A stretch of DNA of 63,684 bases, counting the filler, from Chiloscyllium plagiosum (Eukaryota): NCBI RefSeq assembly GCF_004010195.1. It is 4 parts of one record of this genome, joined end to end, with 100 filler letters (N's around TTAATTAATTAA, not from the genome) between each part and the next. Parts side by side here need not be neighbours in the genome. Positions count along the whole stretch, not along the records: positions 19,046 to 45,291 come from NC_057710.1; positions 45,392 to 59,827 come from NC_057710.1; 2 more parts are not named here. One strand, written 5' to 3'. Below the pieces are notes generated by a model, which worked only from the letters and a program-made list of their open reading frames with translations, had not been told where the DNA came from and ran no database searches. Position 1 is the stretch's first letter. Each line of letters begins with the position of its first letter. This document shows positions 36,575-45,805 of the stretch, piece by piece. The position numbers and the translations under genes were made by a program.

Positions 36575-36960
36575 TGTTATGGACCAGGCCAGACCCCCTC
36601 AAAACAATTCAAGAAACTAGCCCAGACCTTAACTTTGCAGTTGTTTTAAGCAAGTGTAACGTGGATATTCCAGGAGGGATACAGCTGCTCCAACCACATA
36701 GTTTTAAATAAAACAGAATTTATTTACATTACCGAATGAAACACAAACAAAAGAGAACAGAATACTGAGTAACTTAACCTACCTGAAAATCCAACAGAAC
36801 ATCCCAACTTGATGATGTTGTTCCAAATACTTGCAACAATCCCCATAAACAGTCCTTAGCACAAAAGGTAAAATCAAACACAGGGTCTTACAGGAGCGGT
36901 GTCAGAGAGAGGGGGACTCAGCATGAACGTGCCTTTTTGAGTCCAGTAGCTGCACACCTG
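36575..36960 (-). mobile_element. Probable partial LTR
   Basis: Begins TGTTATGGACCAGGCCAGACC; contains TTTATT (AATAAA on the minus strand) at ~36720; truncated where the Penelope fragment starts; no second end or TSD found. Confidence 0.45.
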
Positions 36961-36967
36961 CCTGAGT

Positions 36968-37851
36968 GCTTCCACCCCACCAACGTCCGTATACATCGCA
37001 TCTTCCTCCACCTACAAACAGACCGCACCACCAGAGATTTAGTTCCCTCCCCACCCCTATCCACTTTTCGTAAAGACCACTCCCTCCGCGACTGCCTCGT
37101 CAGGTCCACACCCCCTCAACAACTGACCCTCCCCTCCCAGCACCTTCCCCTGCCACAGCAGGAATTGCAAAATCTGTGCCCACATCTCCCCCCTCACCTC
37201 CATCTAAGGCCCCACAGGCGGCGTCCAGATCCATCAAAGCACATTCACCAATGTCCATCAAAGTTTCACCTGCACTTCCACATATGCCACTTACTGTATC
37301 CGTTGCTCACAATGCGGTCTCCTCTACACTGGGGAGTACTACTCGCAGAGCGCTTCAGAGAACATCTCTGGGACACCCGCACCAAACAACCCCAATGTCC
37401 CGCAGCTGAACACTTCAACCCCCCCTCCCAGTCTGCCAAGGACATGCAAGTCCTGGGCCTCCTCCATTGCCATTCCCTAACCACCCGAGGAAGGACGGAG
37501 GAAGAACACCTCATCTTCCGCCTCGGGACCCTCAAACCCCAGTGCATCAATGTGGATTTCACCAGTTTCCTCATTTCCCCTTCCCCCACCTTATTCCAGT
37601 TCCAACCTTCCAGCACAGCACCGCCATCATGACCTGTCCTACCTGTCCATGTTCCTTCCCACCTATCTGCTCCATCCTCCCCTCAAACCTATCACCATTA
37701 CCCCAACCTCCATCCACCGACCGCACGCTCAGCTACCTTATGTCCAAAATGTCAATTCTCCTGCTCCTCGGATGCTGCCTGACCTGCTGTGCTTTTCCAG
37801 CACCACACTCTCGACTTTGATCTCTAGAATCTGCAGTCCTCACTTTCTCCC
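36968..37851 (+). mobile_element. Penelope-like element 3' part: GIY-YIG endonuclease region and terminal repeat
   Basis: ORF 36937..37632: FHPTN...PPLSTFRKDHSLRDCLVRS...LAERFREHL...AEHFN...EEEHLIFRLGTLKPQCINVDF; followed by the GATGCTGCCTGACCTGCTGTGCTTTTCCAGC terminus seen elsewhere in the window. Confidence 0.9.
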
Positions 37852-38658
37852 ACTATCTGCACATGTCTAGTTTACTGTCAGAATTTAATATCTCAATTTT
37901 TATTGTGTATTAGTCATCCTTTACTGGTTTCTACTGTTTTCTAGTGTTTCAGGCCTGCCAATTATCTTCACAGCATTTTTTTATAATTGTGCTCCAAGAT
38001 TTATACACCATTGTGTTGGGGCATCTGTTTGCTCAGCTTATGATCTACTGAAGATATATTTCCAGCCATCTGACGCACTCTACAAGCCTCTTTCTATCAA
38101 TGAACTCAGAGTCACCATGGTAACTATCTGAACTTTCATTGCTATACTTTGGCTTTCACAGAAGCTGTTTTTCACTATATAAATGCTGCTGTGACTGCAG
38201 TGGAAACTGTGATTTCAGCATCAGACAAAAGGTATGCTGGACCCAACAGCCATCTGGTTGGAAATGATCACTTTGGATAGATTGGATTCAAGGGAACACA
38301 TCATCAACTTAGTCACATTTCGTGACTATCCATTAGAACCAAGCATTTGGTTTGTCCAATCTGCCTTGTGAAGCTTGGCCTTGTAAGATCCTCATCTGAC
38401 ACCTCAAAATCAAAACTTATGTGCACTTAAAAACAGACACTTTTTTTTTTCTCTCTTGGGCATTCTCTAGTTTCCCTGAATATAAGCCATGAGAACATGT
38501 GAACCCAATATTCAACTTTCAAAAGGCAGAAAACAGTTAATAACAAATCAGCTGTTTGGGCCTCCAAGTTCCTTTCTATTTTACTTCATTAGGAGAGGAA
38601 TTTGAAGGAGTGTGACAGGGGCTACTGATGAACAAGCACACATTTTCAACGTTCCACC

Positions 38659-38985
38659 TGTTGTAATTTGGCAGTCTTCAGCGTATACAGGCCTGTAACT
38701 TTAAGACAATCTATGACATCATGACATGTGATGTCCTGCTTTAAAGATACCTGTCCCACCTTTAGTCACTATCTCTACACTATGGAATTAATGTGGTATC
38801 TTCAGTCAGTCAGCTATGTGAGAGTAATGTGCAATAACATCAGTAAGCACAGAATCCAGTCTATATGTGTATATCTGTTTTATCATAACAAAGTTAATAG
38901 TTAGTGTTGTAGATAAAGTTCAAGATATCTAACTCAACAAGAACCCAGTTTTTGTAGTATTTATTACACAAGGTAAAATACATCA
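38659..38985 (+). mobile_element. 5' LTR of the fossil Gypsy element
   Basis: Starts TGTTGTA and ends TACATCA (6/7 inverted termini); immediately followed by PBS-like TGGTGG; lies just upstream of the pol remnant. Confidence 0.65.
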
Positions 38986-39941
38986 TGGTGGAAATAAATG
39001 CATCCTAACATTTATTTGTAAACAGTTAGTGGTAGTATATGAACACCAGAGGCTGAGAAGATGATAAAAACCTGGCAATTGCGGAAAGTCTTTGTCCTAA
39101 CTCTTATCCAACAATCTACCCACAGTCAGAGTTGAAGTTACAACCACAACCAAACCATAAGTGCTATAGCTGAAACTAAAGGCTACAAACCTGTGCTGAA
39201 AGACAGTCAGCACTCAACTTCTCTTTCTCTTTAAAAAAAACCTAGAAGATTACATGAGACCCAGGACAGCCCCAAATTTAAAAAGTAACCATTGAAGATT
39301 GCCGATGGACATAATTAAAGTTAAATAAAAGAGAAAAAACAATTCAAAAAACTGTTTATCAAAAAAGATTGTTGGTTGGGTCCATCATCTTGTTGCTTGG
39401 AAAAGTACAAAGCAAGAGGTGAAAATGTACATGAAACGTCTCAATTCAATGGCGTCATCTGGAAAGTTAGATGTCACACTGATTGGTGCAGCTCCATTAT
39501 TTGTATTTTGATTAAAGATGATATGATACATACATATTTAGATCCACAGTGATTGAACAATATATTAAAAAGATGTTACACAAGAATCCTACCCTGGAAA
39601 AGCCCAAATCCAAATCCTCTGGTGCCAAACACTTTTCCAAACTCAATGTCAAGAATGGATGTTGGTCCATGCGTCTTTCCCTGGAATCATAAGAATTGAC
39701 GACCTTTAGAACATTTCTCGGTAGGTACTGGTTCCTCAGATTACCATTTTGATTACCGATCACCCAGGATACATTTGAAAAACATAAGGACGATATCATT
39801 GAGAATCCATTATGTTGTCTGTGTTTCACAGGTGACATTGCTGGTCTCAGAAGAACTAAACATGCGGATGACACAAACCTCCATTGGCTTCTGAAAGTGG
39901 CAGGGAAGCATGGTCTTCTTTCCAGGTGTACCAAATGTCAA

Positions 39942-40149
39942 GGAGAAAGTGAGGTCTGCAGATGCTGGAGATCAAAGTTGAACTTTATTGCTGGAACAGC
40001 ACAGCAGGTCAGGCAGCATCCAGGGAACAGGAGATTCGACGTTTCGGGCACAGGCCCTTCCTGAAGAAGGGCCTGTGCCCGAAACTTCGAATCTCCTGTT
40101 CCCTGGATGCTGCCTGACCTGCTGTGCTGTTCCAGCAATAAAGTTCAAC
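39942..40149 (-). mobile_element. Fold-back Penelope-like mini-element with 13-bp TSD
   Basis: 85-bp arms 39976-40060 and 40066-40150 with one mismatch; 5-nt loop CTGAA; 34-nt unpaired tail 39942-39975; TSD TACCAAATGTCAA at 39929-39941 and 40150-40162. Confidence 0.92.
40058..40091 (+). ncRNA. Minimal type I hammerhead ribozyme motif at the fold-back axis
   Basis: TTC-CTGAAGA-A-GGGC-CTGT-GCCC-GAAA-CTTC-GAA: stem I TTC/GAA, stem II GGGC/GCCC; the stem III palindrome ACGT is mutated to ACTT here but intact in the mirror arm. Confidence 0.65.
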
Positions 40150-40818
40150 TACCAAATGTCAAATCAACATCAACCAATTCAATTTATTTTGTTCAATCAA
40201 CTTGTAAACTCACGTTAGACCTGAGTCTACCAAAATAAAAGATATGTATAAAATGTCTACACTGAAAGGCAAAGATGATTTATAAAGATGTCTAAGTTTC
40301 TTTAAATTTTTAGCCCTATACATTCAAATTATTGGAATCAAAGAGCCTACTCTTAGAGACCTTCTTTGCAAAAAAAATACCATATAAATTGCAGGAAGAT
40401 CACCAGTATATTTTTCAATTTCTCAAAACTGCTCTATCATCCAGCAAGTGGATACTTCAATATTATGGGCTCTACAAGATTGCCACAATGAAAGTCAATG
40501 CATCCCAGAAAGGTCTCAGATCATGTCTATGACAAAATGATCAGCATTTGGTTCTAAGGTCCTAACTACAGCTGAGCCAAACTAGTTTTACAATGAAATA
40601 AAGACTCTGTGGGTTTTGGGATATAACTATTTAATAAACACTTCATTGTTCATACTGAATAGAAACCTTTAGAAATGATTTACTGAAAACCCTTTGTAAA
40701 ATACGCCTCCTTGACTACATCAACTTGTGAAAACTCAAAGTTTCAATATAGAAGCATTTCTGATCCTCTTAGCCGATTTTCAAATCCCACGAAGATCAAA
40801 GATATCCCTTTAGATCTA

Positions 40819-41077
40819 GTTAAAAATCACACAACACCAGGTTATAGTCCAACAGATTTAATTGGAAGCACACTAGCTTTCGGAGTGACGCTCCTTCATC
40901 AGGTGATAGTGGAGGGCTCGATCGTAACACAGAATTGAAAGCAAAAATTTGCAGTGTGATGTAACTGAAATTATACATTGAAAAATTGATTGTCTGTTAA
41001 GCCTTTCATCTGTTAGAATACAGTGATAGTTTCACTCTTTCATGTGTAAATCACAAAACCTTTTTTTTAAAGTATCC
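40819..41077 (-). mobile_element. Penelope-like 3' terminal insertion with 7-bp TSD
   Basis: AGATCTA at 40812-40818 and 41078-41084; removing the insert restores the Gypsy frame (DIPLDL*VD); carries a hammerhead core. Confidence 0.8.
40871..40905 (-). ncRNA. Minimal type I hammerhead ribozyme, core intact
   Basis: Minus strand CAC-CUGAUGA-A-GGAG-CGUCA-CUCC-GAAA-GC-UA-GUG: stem I CAC/GUG, stem II GGAG/CUCC, palindromic AGCU stem III, CUA cleavage triplet. Confidence 0.72.
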
Positions 41078-42249
41078 AGATCTATAAGTGGATATTATTG
41101 AATCTGAATTGAAAGGTGGTTTTGATATTGATCACATGCATTTTGGCTACAGCCATTAGAATGGATTCCGCAAGCTAGCTTTTAGATGATGACTCATTCA
41201 ACAGGATCATCATTAGTGGGTAGCCTGAACACATTCAGTGGATCCCCAAACTAGTAGGTATATTCTAATCATTCAGAGATAAACAAGGGCTCTCCAAGAA
41301 TACAATATCCAAAGACAACCAAGTGGTAATTGTGCAGGCTCTGAATCAGAACAGCTAGGCAAGATACATACAGCTCACACGGTCACAGAAACCAAATAAG
41401 AGATTGGCATGTGAAATACAATACTGAAGAGATGTGATATGCAATACTGTTGTCAGGAAAATTGCTAAAGACGTCAATCATGCCAGATGAATTGAGGTGG
41501 CACAAGACTCTCACACCTATAACTGCAATTCACTATCATAGAAATGTTTAATGACCTCTCCAGGGTAGGAAAGGAAACAAACGTGTCACTCTCCTTTTTC
41601 TTCCATAGGTACTTTAAACTCCAAACATAGTCTTCATCCTTTAAAGGTAATAACTATGCATTGAAATCTTCACAACACACTCTCCTTAATGGTGTATAAT
41701 GCTGATCTTACTGTGCAGCTACCCATGTCTCTGAGATGGTAGAACCCTAAAATATTTTCCTCAACTTTAACAGGATGATATTATCTTCTCTTGCATTTTA
41801 ATTCTCAACAGTCAGTCCTTACATAACTTATACAGTGCCCACAAAATTCTGGTTATTGTAGGGGACATTCCAAGTTGAAACATTTCACACATGTTCAGAG
41901 AGTGCTGCTGGAATAGAATGTGAACTGTGACTTCAATGATGAGAAGAAAAAGGTACTCCTTTTTTGAACTTTGTCAGCTTCCAAAGAGCAGAAGTTTAAA
42001 AGTTGAAAACGAGGAGACAGAAGGACTGCAAGATTTCAGCTTTGTGAAGTCACATTTGTATATAAATAAAAGATCACTTCATAGGAAAATGTATATGAAT
42101 TGATTGGGGAATATTTAGCTCCTGTCCCTTATTTTGTAAAGCCCAAGAAATAAATTAGTATTTGTAATATTTGATTAATATTAGTAATTATTATGACTGG
42201 GAATACAATATATTTTGGGGATAGTAGGGTTTAATAATGGTAAATGAAT

Positions 42250-42860
42250 ACACAATAAAGGTAGTAGGGAAGGTGATGTGTTGCATTTATGGAATCTGGG
42301 ACACCCTGGATGGAATTGTGATCCACAGCAACCTAGTCTGAATTAAGTGTTAGTGGTTGAAGGAGTTTTGGTCAGAGTTGATGAGCTGAAGACAAAGCTA
42401 AAGACACTGAAATACATCAGTGAGGTTGAAAATTGCAAGATATTTTATTCCAGGAAGCAGTCACAACCCTTTGCAGACAGTCTCTAATTTAATTAGTTGT
42501 CAGGGAGAGGAGGATATGACTATGAGTGAGGTAGATATGGGACCCATGAGGTGACTTTTGCAACTGTAATGTTCTGAGGTATTTTCAGCTTATGTGATTA
42601 AGAGTGAAGGGATCGCGTGGAAGGATTAACTGACCGTGACACCCTGGTGCAGAAAACCATTCAAGTTGAGAGAGCAAAAAGAGTGTAGTGCTAATGGGGA
42701 ACAGTGTAATGAGGGGAGTTCTGTATCAATGACTTTCAGTCCAAAAGACTGGTTACCTGCCCCATACCAGGATTTGGGATATTACTCAGAAGTAGAGAAG
42801 ATCATGCCGCAAGAGAGGAATAATCATGGTCTTTGTAGGTACCAATGAAATTGGCAGGTA
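42250..42860 (+). mobile_element. Old CR1 ORF1 remnant
   Basis: Aligns by eye to 25350-25790 (CAGAGTTGATGAGCTG...CAGGAAGCAGTCACA); ends in GTAGGTACCAATGAAATTGG (VGTNEIG esterase block). Confidence 0.7.
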
Positions 42861-42867
42861 TTTACAA

Positions 42868-44030
42868 AATCATAGAGTCATAGAGATGTACAGCACAGAA
42901 ACAGACCCTTCAGTCTATCAGTCCAACTCATCCATGCAGACCAGATATCATAACCTTATCTAGTACTATTTGCCAGCATTTGGCCCATATCCCTCTAAAC
43001 CCTTCCCATTCATATACCCATCCAGGTGCCTTTTAAATGCTGTAATTGTACCAGCCTCTGTAATATTAGAAGATTAAATTGTACTTTCTCTCTGGACATT
43101 AATGTAATGTTAAAAGGTTAAGCAGTACTGTCTTACTCCAAGAAGCTCAACTTTCTGGAAGTGTTGGGGGTGACATTCTGTCTCACAGACAGCCTGCAGG
43201 AATATGGATGACTAGCCATTGTAATTCACACTTCATTTGGGCAGCCATTTACTGCTATTCTACTGCTATTATTAAATTAAACTCTCACTCAGTCCCTTCC
43301 AAGCAGAAATGCTATCATAGTCATCCCCCAGCCAATCAAATTTATTTGCATGATCATCCCCCGATACTGAAGTACATCACACCAAAACATTATCTGAGGG
43401 AATCACAGAGTCAGGAAATCATTTACATAGCATTTCCCCAGGATTAGGGCATTTACATTTGCATTATCTCCAAGGATGACCTCATCCTACCATTGTACCT
43501 GGGGTAACATGTGGTTATGGAGTGGAGTGGCTGGAGTAGCTGTGAGCATTACCAACTGACCTGTATAAAAGGGATGTGCTTCCTTTGTTCGGGGACTCTT
43601 TTGACTTGACTTTGCATGCCTGCAAAGTGTATCAGAGGGGTCACCTAGCTTATGGAAGTTGGTGTGTGCAAATTGCATCTCATTCCATACATGTGCCACC
43701 CTCTGGGTGAAAACGTTGCTCTTAAAACTTTCCTCTCTCACCCTAAACCTATGACCTCCAGTTCTGGACTCCCCCGCCCCAGGGAAAAGACTTTGTCTAT
43801 TTATCCTATCCATGCCCCTCATGATTTTATAAACCTCTATAAGGTCACCCTCAGCCTCCGACGCTCCAGGGAAAACAGCCGCAGCCTGTTCAGCCTCTCC
43901 CTATAGCTCAAATCCTCCAACCCTGGCAACATCCTTGTAAATCTTTTCAGAACCCTTTCAATTTTCACAACATCTTCCAATAGGAAGGAGACCAGAATTG
44001 CATGCAATATTCCAAAAGCCTACCTAACCA
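42868..44030 (-). mobile_element. CR1 (HER1-like) 3' end, split by an LTR at 43059-43678
   Basis: CATAGAGTCATAGAG tail; collinear with 59093-59827 and 63138-63684 on both sides of the insert. Confidence 0.92.
43059..43678 (+). mobile_element. Retroviral-type LTR, 3'-truncated
   Basis: 620-bp insert starting TGTAAT; CCAAT at 43332, ATTTGCAT at 43344 and 43457, TATAAAA at 43564; no AATAAA or CA end; 18 bp of the host CR1 is missing at the junction. Confidence 0.6.
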
Positions 44031-44351
44031 ATCAGAACCTTAACATTAATAAAAACCTGAATTATGACCTGTGAGCTATGAGCAAACTGCATGAGGTACA
44101 TAATATAAAGAAAATGAATGTGTGGAGCATTAGACTGGTTTAATGTCTAATGTGTGTAGCATTCTTGTATTAAACTGGGGAAGTGGGATCTGTACCATTA
44201 GAAAGGTTTATACTTGCTGCAGCAGGGTTCTCGCAAGCCATATAAATAGGGAAGTAGAGGGCTTTGAAGTAAATTGTGAGACAAAGAGTCAAATTTCAAA
44301 AGATGCAGTAAATCAAACAGTAGAGAACAGGCATGGGAGAAAAGTGTTTTA

Positions 44352-44630
44352 ATTAAAAATTCATTCATGGGAAAGTAGCTGCACTGGCTGAGATAGCATT
44401 TATTGCCCATTCTTAGTTACCCTTGAGAAGGTGGTGATTAACCATTGCAGTCCTCAAAGCTGTTAGGGAGAGAGTTCAAGGATTTTGACCCAGTAACACC
44501 GAAGGAACTGCAACATGGTTCCAAGTCAAGATAGTAGGTGACTTAAAGGACAACTTACAGGCCTTGGTGTTCCCATGTACCTACTGTGCATGTCCTTCTA
44601 GATGGATAGTGATTGTGAATTAGAAAATGG
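44352..44630 (-). mobile_element. 3' end of the ancient CR1-group LINE family
   Basis: ATTCATTCATGGG...GCATTTATTGCCCAT...CCCTTGAGAAGGTGGTG...TGACCCAGT...GGTGTTCCCATGTA...CTTCTAGATGG is the reverse complement of 56110-56390. Confidence 0.8.
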
Positions 44631-44914
44631 GAGATGACAAACAAACCATAACATAAAGGGACAAAGAATACAAATCTCAAATTAAAAGAAGTGGTGAGTG
44701 AGATAGCTAATGCATTTAATTTTCAAATTTGCCTAGATTCAGACAAGTTTCCATTAGAATAGAAAATAGCAGATAACTCATTTTTTTAAAAAAGGAAGCA
44801 AGACAGAAAGCAGAACAGGTTAACATCTGTCATAGAAAAGTTGCAAGAAACTATTGTTAAAGTAGCTATATAGGACATTTAGAAAGGTTCAAGTTAATCA
44901 GACAGCATTAAGCT

Positions 44915-45291
44915 GGGGTAGTTATGGTAGGGATTTTAGCATTCCAAACATCGACTGGGACTGCCATAGTATTAAAGGTTTAGATGGAGAGGAATTTCTT
45001 AAGTGTGTACAAGACAATTTTCTGATTCAGTATGTGGATGTACCTACTAGAGAAGGTGCAAAACTTGACCTACTCTTGGGAAATAAGGCAGGGCAGGTGA
45101 ATGAGGTGTCAGTGGGGGAGCACTTTGGAGCCAGCGACCATAATTCTATTTGTTTTAAAATAGTGATGGAAAAGGATAGACCAGATCTAAAAGTTGAAGT
45201 TCTAAATTGGAGAAAGGCCAATTCTGATGGTATTAGGCAAGAACTTTCGAAAGCTGATTGGAAGCAGATGTTCGCAGGTAAAGGGATGGCT
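44915..45291 (+). mobile_element. CR1 endonuclease fragment, cut by the linker
   Basis: PNIDW...FLKCVQDNFLIQYVDVPTREGAKLDLLLGN...HFGASDHNSI; preceded by older CR1 RT debris at ~44640-44910. Confidence 0.92.
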
Positions 45292-45391
45292 NNNNNNNNN
45301 NNNNNNNNNNNNNNNNNNNNNNNNNNNNNNNNNNNTTAATTAATTAANNNNNNNNNNNNNNNNNNNNNNNNNNNNNNNNNNNNNNNNNNNN
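45292..45391. other. Artificial contig linker
   Basis: 44 N + TTAATTAATTAA + 44 N. Confidence 0.97.
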
Positions 45392-45803
45392 CCCACACCC
45401 CCTGCTACTTAGTTTAAACGTAACTGTGTTGCAGTAGCAAACTTGCCTGCCAGAATGCTGGTCCCTAACGTATTAAGGTGCAAACCGTCTCGGTTATATA
45501 ATTTATGCTTACCACAAAACATACCACAGTGATCCAAGAATTTAAATCTTTGCTTCCTGCACCAGTTCCCCAGCCACATGTTCAAGTCCATTATCTCCCT
45601 GTTCCTGGCCTCACCAGCCTGAGGAACTGGAAGCAAACCGGAGATAACCACCCTGGACATCCTGCTTTTCAGCCTTCTTCTAGTTCTCCGAAGTCCCGCT
45701 GTAGTATGTTCCTCCTCTTCTCCCCGACATCATTTGTGCCGACATGTACCACCACTTCTGGATGTTCACCTTCGTCCTTGAGGATATCCTGCACTCTGTC
45801 TGT
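45392..45803 (-). mobile_element. CR1 ORF1 esterase C-terminal half
   Basis: DRVQDILKDEGEHPEVVVHVGTNDVG ... SRVVISGLLPVP...WLGNWCRKQRFKFLDH...DGLHLN. Confidence 0.92.
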
Positions 45804-45805
45804 GG

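Larger units (their letters stand above)
39400..41520 (+). pseudogene. Degenerate Gypsy/Ty3 pol (RT, RNase H, start of integrase), interrupted by two PLE insertions
   Basis: Hand translation: GVIWKVRCHTDWCSSI...YLDPQ*LN ... SGAKHFSKLNVKNGCWSM...LTTFRTFLGRYWFLRLPF*L...CFTGDI...KCQI; then QEDHQ...LQYY...VNASQKGLRSCL (RNase H) and LSRFSNP...DIPLDL*VD. Confidence 0.88.

Noticed and set aside
39938..40218. Two near-identical ORFs on opposite strands (MLEQHSRSGSIQGTGDS...)
   Set aside because: A direct consequence of the DNA palindrome; not genes.
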